Under the pieces are notes generated by a model, which was not told the DNA's origin, did no database searches, and saw nothing but the letters and a program-made list of their open reading frames with translations. A stretch of 63,708 nt of DNA, filler included, from Basidiobolus ranarum (taxonomy: Eukaryota): NCBI GenBank assembly GCA_040143965.1. It is 19 parts of 19 records of this genome, joined end to end, with 100 filler letters (N's around TTAATTAATTAA, not from the genome) between each part and the next. Parts side by side here need not be neighbours in the genome. Positions count along the whole stretch, not along the records: positions 10,109 to 13,375 come from JASJQH010002603.1; positions 13,476 to 16,740 come from JASJQH010002604.1; positions 16,841 to 20,104 come from JASJQH010002605.1; positions 20,205 to 23,467 come from JASJQH010002606.1; positions 23,568 to 26,828 come from JASJQH010002607.1; 14 more parts are not named here. The stretch is one strand, 5' to 3'. Below, piece by piece: positions 13,257 to 26,928 of this stretch. Position numbers and translations under genes: made by a program. Position 1 is the stretch's first letter; each line of letters starts with the position of its first letter.

Positions 13257-15141
13257 CTAGTGGATGCCCAGCAATATTGTGCCACTCTGTATTAAGTTCT
13301 TCCCAGATATCTGCACAGTCAATACCAGACTGAATGTCATGTTAAATGTTTTTCTTCTGAAGCCACTTTCTGCATNNNNNNNNNNNNNNNNNNNNNNNNN
13401 NNNNNNNNNNNNNNNNNNNTTAATTAATTAANNNNNNNNNNNNNNNNNNNNNNNNNNNNNNNNNNNNNNNNNNNNGGCACAAGGTGTAGAAGCTGTGATT
13501 GAAAATATAATACGTCACTTACTAATACATTTGCCCTCACCTAATGGTTACTTTGTAGTCATTAATATCCAATATGAAGCAATAAAGTATTTAGAGCCCC
13601 AAATTATGAGTAATTCTATTGCTTCCTTCTACAAAGGCACTAGTAAGTTTTACAAGTAGTGAGATTAATGCACATTTTGTCCAAACATGTTATCTATATA
13701 TTCAAAGGACAGCAAGCTACTCTGAGTGCTACAATATAATACAACAGTCAGACAAAGTGCAATGGCATTCAGTAAATGCTTTAGAAAATCATAGCATTTC
13801 TCTCACTTATCATACAAATTTTATATAAAAACATATGCAATATATTACATCAAGCAGACAAAGCAACACGGCATGCAATAAATACTTCAATAAATAATAA
13901 AACACAAGCATTTCTTGTACCTATGATCCATAGTGTATATAACAATGCAGCCTAATGTACAGCCAGATTTCTTGCATAGGTATAGCTGAATTCTCCATGT
14001 ATATGATAATTTTAAGCAACTGACCATCCATTTATATCAAGGTATGCATTTCTACAGACACAAAAATAGTCTCTGCTTGAAGTACTATACTTGGAAAAGC
14101 ATAAGATGAGTTATTTGTCAATCCTACCATGAGTTCCACATCAGCTCACAATAATATTTAAAAATCAAAGAACTTAGTAAGTGAGTGAATGATATATCTC
14201 AATTCCAATAAATTAATAGATGACAAAGCATTGATCAATAGCTCAGTGTTATCAGTGTGAAATACTCCATTTTGTTCTACATTAGCATTGATATCTAATT
14301 AACAAACAGGGTTTCTTCAATCTCTCATGTACAATTGATAACTACAATTTTACTGAATGCACACAATTATTGCACAATATTGATCACTTGTCACTGATAA
14401 AATACTATGGTTCAATGCGAATATAATGATAACATCCTGATTACCTGTATCCATGTAACCAGTCATTAATATCTGGATGGAATCTTGGCTATAACCAATA
14501 ATATCAATTGATTTGTAACACATTGCTGGAAATCCAGGGAATTCTTGTTGAGAATCCTCTTCTCCAACAAGGGAACTTTTTGCTGAAATTGGGCTTGAAA
14601 TCAAATCCTATTCTTTATCTAACCCACAAAATCAAGTGTGTATTTGTGTCATTACAAATCATAAGCAGCATTGCTTGGTGACTTCTTGGTATATTTTTGG
14701 GCATTGTGTTTCCTGTATGTGTTCAATAAGCAGGTCATCATATAAAGCTTGGAGAGGTTTATGTTTTGATTGTAATAGAAAAGGTTACATTATTTTTGGC
14801 TCTATACACCTTATTATTTGCTAGTAGTGTTTGGGGCTTTATATATTCCATTTCAAGAATTTCCAATACTCATTGTCATTTGTCAGTAATATTTAGCACT
14901 GTGTAGAATTTGTTTTGAGTGTTTCCCAAACTAATTACTTCTTAGCACCATTCCTGCTAACACTGGTTTGTGAGCTCAGCCCTTTGTAAACATTAAGTAA
15001 TGTTACAGCTTATAAGATCCCCCATTTCAGCTTGGGCTCTGATGCCTTAGTCTTAGTAACCATGTAGCTTATGCATATCATCTCTTGGTTCAACACCCTT
15101 TATTATTTATAGTAGGCTTACCTGTTGTTAAGTGTGGTTAT

Positions 15142-15500
15142 TGTAAAAGTACTTGAGAGCCTGTCAGATGTTAAAGTACTTGGGTTAGGAGAATTAGAGA
15201 ACTTGATAGTTTTCACATATTGATCTATTGAGTGGAAAGTTGACATTTATAGTTTTGTCAAGATGTAAGCAAACTAATGTGTAGAATGTGTTCACAAATT
15301 TCTTAGGAATGTGTGTGCAAAGTTTGGGGCTTTGAGCATAAGTTTGAAAAATCTCTATATCAGAGAACTTCCAAGTTGGTGTCAATATTCTAAGTAAATT
15401 TCAATTGAGAATAATGCATATTTTCTTAGTAAAATATAAGATAACCAAGTAATAAGCTATATATGACTATAAAGTTGTTTAAGCAAAGCTAATATTAATA
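15142..15500 (-). mobile_element. Degraded LTR, copia family A
   Basis: Aligns by eye along its length with 19310-19658. Confidence 0.75.
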
Positions 15501-16840
15501 GTTATGGTGTGCAAGTTCAAAAGGAAATCAAGAGAATGCACTATGCTGGATATCTGGGCTTCATACAAACAACTTAGTCAAACAGATATCATGGTTGATG
15601 AAGAAGAATTTCTGAACATCTATATTTTATGAATCTCTACAATGAACTAAAACTTGGAAAGTTGATGCAAAAGATCAAGGTGACCAATTACACAAGTTAA
15701 TATTAAAGCAATGTATCCTAGTTTTAGATATGATCCCAATTCTGTGACATCTGTCCCTGCAGAGAAACTGTTGCTCACTATTGACATCAACAAACTCATT
15801 TAACCAGACTAGGGAAAACAACTCAACATTGTGAGGAAAAAATCAATCAATATTTATTCAGGCAAACATTCATAAATCCTTCTAGCCAAAAGAATCATTA
15901 TTCAAGGATTCATCCAGGGCACCACTGGTTGCATTTATCAATATATAATGACATGCAACTTTAATAACAGTAAGGAATTATGTGGTACCAATCCTTTTGC
16001 CAACACCATGCAGCTCCCTTCTGACAGACCTGTCTTCTGGAATATATGAGTAGACCCACTGGATGAATATCAACCAGAACTAGATATATAACTTGCAAAA
16101 ATTTACCCTTCTCCATCAGAATCCACTTTGGCAGCCACTTACATCTTTGTCTCCTCTTTGCTTGATGACATCACTGTGAAAGCCATGTTCCTTTTCTTCT
16201 TTTACCCAACCTTTACAAAGAACAAAAATGGGACCAATTGCATTGGCTAGTACCCCTCCAGAAGTACTGCTGTCAGCACCACACCTTACTACAAAGCATC
16301 TGTCTGATGGGAACTAGTAATAAACTTTTCAAATATTCTCACACATTCATTAAATCTGCCTTCCATACCAGCAGGTACAGTTTTCAAAGTGGCTGGAAAG
16401 AAGTGTCCACATGCTTTAGCATGTGCATGTACCTCCACATACTCTGGACTTGCAGCAATTCCATGATGATTTTTATGAATAGGACCAGCACTGGCTGGCA
16501 TGAGCAGAGAAACAGTGGCAACACTTATCAAGTAGAAATTGATCAAGAACAGGATGATAACTGAGAGTGTTCAAATGATACTGGATATATGCAAATACAA
16601 ACATCCAGGTCATGCTTCTTATACAGCATCAAGGAATTCATGATATTTCAAACCTTACTGCCAGTACCCAAATCAAGGCCATAGATAATTACTTATTTTG
16701 GTTAATATTTCCTTCTTGTTTTTTGTTAACTTCTGACTCTNNNNNNNNNNNNNNNNNNNNNNNNNNNNNNNNNNNNNNNNNNNNTTAATTAATTAANNNN
16801 NNNNNNNNNNNNNNNNNNNNNNNNNNNNNNNNNNNNNNNN

Positions 16841-17334
16841 CATGTGGAGAAGAGATAAGATTGGCAGGTAGGCTTCCTGAGCCGAGAATTTTACTCTGAT
16901 CAATAGCGGCGTTTCTCTTGTGTTGAGTCTAAAAAGATAAGCGCAAGTTAGATAAGAAAAGTTATGCATCGATAGATTGTACCAAGAAAACTTACAATTG
17001 GCCAGACGGCTTTAACACCCTGAACAGAGGCCAACAAATCAGCATGTTTAGAGTCAACATTCAAGGAAATGCCGCTGAAAGTGTCGGAGAAAGTAGCACG
17101 TTCTTGAAACACAATTCCTTGTTGCTTAAGATTGGCTAAAAGGTGTTCGCGGGCAGAGGACTTCAAACCTTCACCATCTTCATGGAATTCTACGATATAG
17201 GCATGAGGAACAACAGAGATAGTGTTACCACCAAAGCCAGCAGGAACACTCTTGAGCACCCCGATAGGCCTACTACCAAGGGCATATTCGGCCATTAAGA
17301 CGGCGGACAAAAGGAAAAGTTGTTGCAATCTCAT
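16841..17334 (-). CDS. 5' part of a large secreted subtilisin-like (S8) protease; exon 1 17334-16996, exon 2 from 16928
   Basis: Signal peptide and I9-type propeptide (AYIVEF…FSGISL…GVKAVWPI). GTAAG…TAG intron. Exon 2 ends …ISSPH, just before the catalytic domain. Confidence 0.8.
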
Positions 17335-18944
17335 TTTCAAAATAAGATTTGTACTAAAGAATGCAAAAGAGAGACGATAGCGAGAAGCTTGAGTTTAGAA
17401 CTGAAACTTAGGTACATATTTATAGTCATAAAAGAACCACTTTCTGATGGTTGCCTGAAAAATCAGAAGACCTCTCTCACTATACTAAGAATCGGTGTAG
17501 TATCTATGCAAAGTGAGTAGTACTACGAACAATATTCTCACATCTTGCGGTTTTCAAGAGCACGAGTTACTACATAACAGTTTCTGTAGTTACTATGAGT
17601 CACTCAGTGGGTACAAGGTTTCCCTTATACAAGGACTGACTTTCTTATTGCTATCTACAGCATACCATTCATAATGTACTGTGTAATGGCCAATTTTGTC
17701 CGGGTTTATCTCCACTCAACTTAACTTGGTAATTTCTATGATTATACCTGTGTATTACAAGCTAATTTTGAAACTATTAAGGTCGATCACCACATTTGGT
17801 AACTAGGTATTCAGTATGCCATATGGGAATATTCTAACAGTATGGTACAAATTTAGTTGGTGAAGCATTGATATTGAGCTATGAATTTTGGCGCTTTATT
17901 CTCTGTAGATACTTCATTCTATGTTGACATAGTCGTAATGGAATGAAACTCATCTAATGGATAAAATACTGGTGAGAAATTCACCCCGATAAGTGTGGTC
18001 TGCTTCTTCAATACCTAAAATGGGACGGAAAATTTGAACAGTATCTGTTAGTGATATGCAAAACCAACCACACATCTAGATGGTGTATTTATTTCTCCGA
18101 AACAACCAACGGAAACCTGAATTATGCTATTCGCCATTCATCAGTCCAAATCCTACTAATCGGATAAATGCGGGAATTCAGGGTATGATAACAAGGATAG
18201 CAAGCTACATTCCCAAGTATTGCAATTCATTCATTACAGCCCTACTATGTTGTGCAACTTTTCACTAAACAAATCCGGACCTTTGGTGAAAATTCGCAAT
18301 ATGGTCACTTGCGTCATATATTTACCAGATCACTCATTTTCACTGGAATATTGCCAGTTTTTTTTCGTAAAAGACGGATTTGTTTTGTACGATCACTTCT
18401 GTGAATATGTCCAGTATCTATTGCTGTTACATACCTCGAGTTTTCTTAAGTTTCATATTACTACGTGGCATGAGTATGTAGCAACTGGTCATTTCTTCGA
18501 ATATTAAAATTCCGAATGTTTGCTATATAGTGAATACTGTTAAGAAGAATCAATTGATCATATCCACACATTGTTAAGAATTGACTTGGGTTATGTTCAA
18601 TGAAATCAATCAAGACTGATTATATGCAAATTGAATCAAGTATAAATGCGCTACGTGTGTCAATCAATAATTGTATATATACTGTATGTACTTCTTAATA
18701 AATTGATCGATTTTCTTTTTACAAATCACTCTGCTAAATTCTAACAATACTACTGTAATAGGGGAAATGAGGAACCAGTTAGATAGGTTTCTAATGAGGT
18801 ATTTCCCGTGGGATGGTTGAACAGATCAGCAGATCTCCTGTAATAGCAAAAGATAGAGTAAGATTCCGAACATAATGTGCTCATCATATCTCCCCAATTA
18901 TATCGTTATTGGCATGTGGTTTTTTATATTTTTAGAACTCTAGC

Positions 18945-19084
18945 TCAACAGACACCGAAGAATGGGATATTGTTCTCACGTGGTCATTTAATGCCAAGTA
19001 TTTTACCCTCAATTCTGCAGATACCGAGACCACATGAGCTATATACCATTTGCATAGACTATTTTGTATGCTTGACATAGCAAA
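18945..19084 (-). pseudogene. Decayed CTP synthase glutaminase-domain fragment
   Basis: QAYKIVYANGI…GLGICRIEGKILGIK*PRENNIPFFGVC*, matching the ADGILVPGGFG-RG-EGKI-A-WARENxIPFLGVCLG motif. Contains stops and a frameshift. Confidence 0.55.
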
Positions 19085-19309
19085 CTACAATATTGAAATG
19101 AATTTGTTTGTTCAAACTTGCAGATGAAACTTATCTACCGGGAAATTGGTTATACAATGACATCCTATTACTAGAGCCACGGGTAAAAATTTGAGCATTC
19201 ATGGACAATCCAGCTTTACACAGGGACTTGACCATTGAGATCGTTAGCAATAATGGTAAAACATACTCTCAGAGGAATGAATTCAAAGTGTCAAATTTGG
19301 GCATATATC

Positions 19310-19658
19310 TGTTAAAGTATTTGGGAGCCTGTTGGAAATGGTTTGGAGAATTAGAGAAATTTGGTGGTTTTCAATTGTTGATTTATTGAGTAGAAAGTTA
19401 ACCTTTATAGTTTGGCCAAGGTGTAAGTAAACTAACATGTAGAATGTGTTAAGGAAGGTCCCAGGAACATGTTTGCAAGGTTTGGGGCTTCTAGCACAAG
19501 TTATCAAAATCTATATTTCACAGAACTTCTAAATTGGTGTCAATATTCCAAGTAAATTCCAATTGGGAATAATTAATAATATCTTAGTGAAATATACAAT
19601 AACTAAGTACTAAGCTATACATGACTATATAGGTGCTTAGGCAATGCTAATTTCAACA
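19310..19658 (-). mobile_element. Solo LTR, copia family A (349 bp), TSD ATATC/GTATC
   Basis: TGTT…AACA termini and a 4/5 matching flanking duplication. A partial copy lies at about 19824-19974. Confidence 0.85.
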
Positions 19659-22600
19659 GTATCTGTGGGCAGTACTCAAGGCAAAGTTCATCTAAATTCA
19701 AACTAGTTATTTCATGGAAGTGTATCAAAATATTTAAGTAGTGTTATTGTCAAGAATATAATCCATACAAAGCCTGATTATAAATACATACTACCTGACA
19801 TCCACTCACTTATCACTTGGAACTATCAAAGTATATTGGGAGCATGTTGGAAGTGGTTTGGAGAAAAATAGAGAAATTGCTGGTTTTTCTATATTGTTTA
19901 TTAATTATTCAGTTGACATTTTTAGTTTTGTCAAGATGTAGCCAAACTAACACATGGAATGTGTTAAGGAAGGTGTTGTGTCCAAGAGAAAAATGGATAA
20001 AAAGTCTTGAACTTTACTGAACCAAAGAAACAGTTAAGTGCAGAATCTTAGAACTGTTTAAGCAGGATATATAAGCAGAGCAGATCTAACTAATATATGT
20101 CTTGNNNNNNNNNNNNNNNNNNNNNNNNNNNNNNNNNNNNNNNNNNNNTTAATTAATTAANNNNNNNNNNNNNNNNNNNNNNNNNNNNNNNNNNNNNNNN
20201 NNNNTACTGGTGCACGGTAGTCCGGCTGTTGATGCCCCATTTGAATATCGCAAATGCATATCTAGATAAAGAACTCTGAGGATGTGATTAAGACTGGGTT
20301 TCACAGAAATCATGAGGATATTATTCCACATCTCATGCCAAACTTGGATCTCACATTTGTGAATTATATCCTAGTTCCTAAAAGAAATTCATCCACCAGC
20401 GATATTGATCTGCAAGTGCTTTGGGATATCACATCTAAATAAGGCTATCTAGCATGTACTAGATCTCGAGAAGAAAAACGAGCCGATGCATTTACTATCG
20501 CCAATTATCATCAACGCCTGCAAGTAAATGGGGACTATCGAACGTAACTTCAGAGCTGGGTCACAGTGGATGAAGGATTAAAAGTCCGATAGTTGTCCAG
20601 AATGGCCCTGGGCCTCAGCAGCACACTTACCAAGGGTTGTGTTTCCTTTTTGGAAATGATTCTGCCCAGTGCTATGTTGACCGATCCAAGATAACAATAA
20701 GTGCATTGTTCCCTCAGAATAACAAATATGGCCTACTCATCTCCCAGAATGGATCCCAGTGAATGTTTCACTTTGCTAGGAGTCAGAAGGTGTCGCGGTA
20801 ACCTGTTGATGCTCAAGGAAGTAAGCCTTATGGCTGATCCCAGGCTTGTCAACGCTTGTCTAATTATCTTTGTTCTGAGCAAAGAATAGACTTCTGTTCT
20901 GTTCCAATGGCGCTTATATGAAATAAGCCGGACAGAACCAGACTCCATACCAGCACCATCCAGATCCAATGGCAATAGAATCGAAGGAAGCTAGATCGGA
21001 TCCGGTCCTGAGCAGCCATGATCATTGGAGGTTCAGAGCAAGTGACTCACTAAAATGTCCCGTAGTACGCAGGTTATTTGCAGAGCCAGGGGAGCCCTTG
21101 GGGAGGCAGCCATTTATCGTTGCCAGGAATGTTGGATTTCTGTATTCCACATACCGAGAATGGCAGTTGATGGGTGTTGATGGTAACATAGCGCTGGTAT
21201 CTAGATTGGCGCACGTGATGCGCTACGAATGGAGCTCTTAAGTTCCAGCTTATTAGTCACATTCTCATTTCAACCACGTGCGTATTTGTTGCGCAGTCAC
21301 ATTGTCATTAGCGCAGCGGTTGGGTCATTTTGGCTTCAGAGATGATGATGGTCGCCGCACCCAAGTTTAGATAATCATCATTAATAAAGCTTCATTCCAC
21401 TAGGCTTGCGCCATCGGACCAGGAACAATCCATTCTTGCTTAAAACCTATCATGCCGAGTAAAATTCAATCAAGTCGCACCTTCAGTATATTACCCTCGA
21501 ATCAACGTCTAGCAAAGATTACATACACACTGTTCCGGATTCTTCTATCTCTGCAGGCTCTTGAACCAAATTATGTGACTCTAATCAGCTGTGTGATATC
21601 TGCAATAAATAATTGATGTCTAGATAAGCACACATATCTTAATTATCAAGCAAAAAGAAGCCAGTTCCAGAATCTAGCATTACCCTTTGTGACTCAAGTT
21701 CAGGCCACTTGGGCTGTGTGCACTTCGCACTGCTTACAAAGATATTCCGGATGATGTATTAAGTTGCTATATATATATGGTTATTTTTGTTGAGGGAAAC
21801 ATGAAACCCAATGATGACATATGTAATATTTGCAAGGTGGATCCATAACTGCCAAGAGAAAACGATTGTGATATACATTTGTTCATGCAGCAATGAAAGA
21901 GCAGTAATGTGTTGAAAGGCGCGATATATCGATTGCTTCAGTTTCAGGTGAATATTGTGATACACTACCGGCTATTTATGATAATCCATGGAACGCCACA
22001 CTGGTGTTTGTTAATAACGATGTAGCTATGATCTCAAAGTTAACTCAGTGCTGTTATGATAGACGTGGACAAAATATCTTAAATATATTTTTTTGGATAT
22101 TGACATCATAGAGTTGAAATTCCTCAATTGCTTCTTCCCAAGCTATACCATTATCTACAATAGTATCTATATCGTTGATAATCTTTTCTTTTAAGATATA
22201 GCGTTTCTTCATCATAGATCTGAACTCGACCATCTTTCAAACATGACGAGTACTATCTATCGTAGAATGCTATTTATAACAAACAGTTTAGAGCTCCGCT
22301 ATTAAATGTAGAATTAAAAGCTAGAATGATTATTCCTGAATGCATCAATCTAGACTATAATTACGAAACAATTATAATTCCATATTATAAGTCAGTATCC
22401 CATCTCATAGGTAACCTCATTTTGTTGTACATGTTACCTCCACAAAGTGCTAATAATTCTCAACAGTAATAGTATTTGTCGAAAGCAGCATATCTTCATC
22501 GAAGCCTATTAACATAAATGAGCACATATGCTTTCTATACGATCTCAATAGTGTATGAAGAGTACAAGTATGAAATTATCTGCCTATCAAGAGTTTTTAC

Positions 22601-23567
22601 TCAGTCATGCACAAAAAAGGTTAGGACATGTCAGACTTTTTGATATTAGGGCTGAAATGGACTTATATAAGCGACATATATTGGAAATATACATATGCAT
22701 CACTAAGAAAAAAGTTTGGTATGAAGAATCATAAATTGGCCATGGCTGTTGACAGGCTCATAAGTAGTCTATCCTTGAACAACTCTAATAGTTGCTGAAA
22801 AGTTTGGCTCCTGAGAAAATTGACTTGACCACAGATCTTGCAACTATATTTCAAAGATCGAACCAATAACTTTGGTGTTCTACCACCGGAATATTCGGTT
22901 AAAGGAAACTTTCATGTCCAGTAAGGATGTATTCATAGGTTGCTCTGAGGGGGGGGGGCTTTAGTTACTGTTAATAGTCCAAGAGATTCTTTAATGGCTG
23001 GTGTGAATATTACATATTTGATTACAATCACTACACTTGAATGAGAGACGCAATGCTCACCAGAGCTGTGATTGGTTTGCCACATGACAATCAGATAAGG
23101 ATTATCCAAATTGAAACTTTGGATATCAGTGTGTGAAGGGGAAATTCATGGAAATATCAATAATATGGAAATTGAAAATCTCCTGGAGCAGTTCTTGTAA
23201 TAGGTGATATTCAATGCTGGGAAAGCTCTCTGAAAATAGAGTATTTGTGGATAACTTCTATTAGCAACAAACATTAACATCTAGGCTTATCCAGGACCAT
23301 TCTAACCCTAAACTCTCAACAACCTTCCAACCCTTGATCCAAATGAATAACAAAGTATTAAAGCCAGAACAGAAAGAAATAATTTCGTAAGATATTTAAA
23401 AAGGTTTCGAGAAGAGAAAAGTTTAATTTAAATTAATTTTGGATGTCGGAAAAGTTTAAAGTTGGGGNNNNNNNNNNNNNNNNNNNNNNNNNNNNNNNNN
23501 NNNNNNNNNNNTTAATTAATTAANNNNNNNNNNNNNNNNNNNNNNNNNNNNNNNNNNNNNNNNNNNN

Positions 23568-23980
23568 TAGCTGGAAGAATGTTGATTCAGCAACATTAAT
23601 ACAATGGTGGGCTTTGATGGAGATATTGATACAAACTTGTGTTGGGTATGAGCTAAACCTTGGGTATGAAGAACTCTAAAAAAATATCCAGGAGAATATA
23701 TCAAAGAGACTAGGGATTTCAAAGGTGACAAATTAGCATTCAAGTGGTAATTGTGTAAAATTTGATTTATGTTTTTTGCACATGTGTTGATCCATAGTTC
23801 TCTGAGATTGTAGCCAGTCATGTGCAACTATTTTGTAAGATCTTCACATTTCACTCCTCAAACTGAAAAAAAAGATTAAAATCAAATCTAACTTGACAAT
23901 TTTATGATGGTAAGTAAATGGTCATTCCCAAATGGATTAAAATTATGACAGTTTTCCTACTATAACAATCCTCAAATTTC
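23568..23980. repeat. Inverted copy of the 12843-13256 repeat
   Basis: Direct nucleotide similarity. Confidence 0.85.
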
Positions 23981-24099
23981 TGCTAGGTCTTACTGACCAT
24001 ATTTTAACCGCTTGGACTTAGTTCATAAGCTACATAATAGCTGTAGATATCTAGGAATTGTAGGAATACTCAGCCAATTTAAGACAGAGCCTTGTAGCC

Positions 24100-24365
24100 T
24101 AAGTGGAAGAGTGACACAGAGAAACAGGCCAAAACTTGCCCTAGTTGTCAAATTAATCAGAGTCAAACCCAGAGACATGCACAATTAGTCCCTGCAGAGC
24201 CAGTGGGACCATTCAAATGATGGGGAATTGATTTCATAGGAAAACTACCCACCACTCAGAGAAGCAAAAGATGGATTCTTGTTGCTATCAAACATCCAAC
24301 TCAGAGGGTAGTTGCCAGAGTGGTATCAATTGCCAGTGAAGAGGAAGTTGCAAGAACCCTCAGAG
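24100..24365 (+). mobile_element. Ty3/gypsy integrase fragment
   Basis: GPFK*WGIDFIGKLPTTQRSKRWILVAI…EEEVARTL. Confidence 0.8.
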
Positions 24366-24369
24366 TAAT

Positions 24370-25300
24370 GCCTGGTCTTCAGTTTTGCCACAATTGGCTC
24401 AATCAATGTGATTTTGAGTAAGATACAGCCCAGTTTCCATAAGGTTATACATGCATCATCAGAGTAAGGTACAGCAGCCCTGACATTCTGGGTTATTTGG
24501 TATGCTGGTTCTCCCATGAGATTTCAACTTTCATACGCCCAAGCAACTTTAGGTTGTTTGTAGTCTTCATGGTCTAACGCATATTCTTTTATGCTAGACT
24601 TTCACAGTTATGTTCATATGTGTGGTGTGGGATTGATTCAAATCTAGTATGTGACTTGAGAAAGTCAGCATCATTTTGCTGTTTCTCAGGCAGAGCATTC
24701 TGATGGTCCAGTATCTATGTTGGGTGACACTTTAAATGATGACCAGCTGCTTTAGAGTATTGAATTAATTGCAAAAGTGCTGAATTATTGAATGTCATGG
24801 CCTGTGTAGCAACTTTGTAGTTTTTGCATATGATCTCATACAAATCATTACTGTTTGCTGCCAGAGATTACCTTGTGGTTACAATTCTATCCAAATCTTC
24901 TACAGCACAATGTTCAGCAGTTTATGAAGTAGGCATTTTAGAAGTTGTTGGTTTTGACAGTGTTACTATTGGACTTTGATTGACTATTGATTATACATGT
25001 AATTGAAGGATTGTGATCTTAGAACTTTTGCTACTGCTAGAATGGAATACAACTGGTAAATCAACTAATTCTTCATCATCACTTGAGTTGGTTCTTGGCA
25101 TATCAATGCCCTTAAAAGTGGGTAGTGCATTGCTGGACTGTCCTTAAATCAAGCCTTCTATAATTGCTGGTTTTTTCCTTTCCTGCCAGCAGGCTTCTGT
25201 ATAGATCTTGGATTAAATTGAGGAAGTTTTTTCAATTGCATTGGAACAATTAGATGTTAAATTGAAGTTATCAAATTGCCTAGTAACAACTTGCAATAAA
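24370..25300 (-). mobile_element. Decayed accessory ORF of the CACTA/EnSpm-like element (homolog of 28273-29425)
   Basis: Shares GCCTGCTGGCAGGAAAGGA and TTGAGCCAATTGTGG segments with 28273-29140. Confidence 0.6.
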
Positions 25301-25597
25301 CCAAGATTGCCATCCAGTACAGGGAATATCCTGTAAGTCCCATGATAATGCATCTGTGATGCCATCTCACATTCAGCAGATGACGTTGATTGTATATACC
25401 TAAAGTACTGCCCTTGTGTACCCAAAAATAAGGTGGTTTAACTAAAAATGAATCCACCCTTTGGGGGCACAAAACCATCAGAGAACTATTACAATATTGG
25501 GGACTTGCATTTTGCAAGAGATTTTGATGATTTCAAAAGGGCTTCTTAATTGCATTATGATAGTAATCACATAGGGTCAAATTTTTATCCTCATATT

Positions 25598-26828
25598 TGT
25601 TGAAATTAGGAAAATAGCAACTCATTATTTAGTAGTTAGTTTACTCATATTCTGATTATTTAGCACTCAATTCTGCCATTCAAAAATGTGTGTTTATTGA
25701 TCTAATTTATATTTCTATCAATTGGATCAATTTTTCCAATTTTCACCATTTTCTCAAAACTTCTCCAAATCACCTCAAATCTTCACCCATGCTTAACAGG
25801 TATGCTTGTTATGATCTAAGCATGTCTAATAGTCCTATTTCATAGTAAACTAAAAATCGGACATATCCAATTCAATCAATCTTAAGTGTGTAAATCACAA
25901 AACCAAATCTTGTCCAAAACACTGACAAGTCCCCTAAACACTTTTATCAGGAAATGAGCCCCAAGCTAGCTCTTAAAAGAATGTCTACCACTACTATTAC
26001 TAATATTTTTGCATCCACAGAGAAGTTTGATGGTGAAGAACTTCACCTTTGGAAGCTCATGATACAAATGGTGCTTGAAGAAAAGGACCTTTGGGGATTT
26101 GTTACAAGAGAAGAAATAGAGCCAAAGGGACCACCAGAAGCTATCCATGTCTTTCACAAGAAGCAGAGGAAAAACATCTAAAAAGCTTGGGAAACACTTG
26201 AGGGACTATATGAGACTAAAAGTCTGGCTAATAGACTATATCTTAGGTGAAAATTATTCTCAATTCAGATGAATTCTGATGATTCTATGCTTAACCATAT
26301 ACATTGGATAAAAACTATGGCAGATCAGCTCTCATCCATTGGAGCACCTCTAAATGAAGATGGCTTGGTAATGACACTACTTGGGAGCCTGCCAGACAAG
26401 TTTGGGAACCTCACAATTGTCCTGGAATTATGATCACAGCCATTAACAATGGAATATGTTGGTGCTAGGCTTATGAAAGAAGAATTAAGGAGATCTAATT
26501 CTCAGCAAAATAATTCAGAACAGGCATTTTTTGGAGCTGTAAAACATCCAACAGGCTTCATTAATGGTACCCCTAATGAGAAATCAATCATTTGCAAGTA
26601 TTTTAAGAAACCAGGCCATTAAATCTAAGATTGCAGAAAAAGGATATATGCCAAAAAGCTAAAATTGGAACAACCAACCAAGTAGGCACTGATAGAGATC
26701 AACTATTTGTGTCTGCCCTATCAGTAACCACTAAAGAAGCCTCAGAAACATGGTTCATTGATTCAGGAGCTTCTCAGCATAGATCAAACAGGAAAGTTTG
26801 AATTTACCAGCTTAAGACCAATCCAAAC
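25598..26828 (+). mobile_element. Ty1/copia 5' end: putative LTR (about 25598-25949), PBS-like 25950-25961, gag and protease remnants
   Basis: EKFDGEELHLWK…LEEKDLW, AWETLEGLYETKSLANRL, degenerate zinc knuckle CKYFKKPGH…DC, and protease WFIDSGASQH. Confidence 0.88.
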
Positions 26829-26928
26829 NNNNNNNNNNNNNNNNNNNNNNNNNNNNNNNNNNNNNNNNNNNNTTAATTAATTAANNNNNNNNNNNNNNNN
26901 NNNNNNNNNNNNNNNNNNNNNNNNNNNN

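Noticed and set aside
13180-13290. Tc1/mariner-like 'LDECRF' motif on the minus strand
   Set aside because: It needs several stop repairs, another frame reads more openly, and no other DDE motifs were found.
16289-16546. Small secreted protein on the minus strand
   Set aside because: It has no ATG start, lies in CpG-depleted decayed sequence and matches no family; at best a pseudogene.
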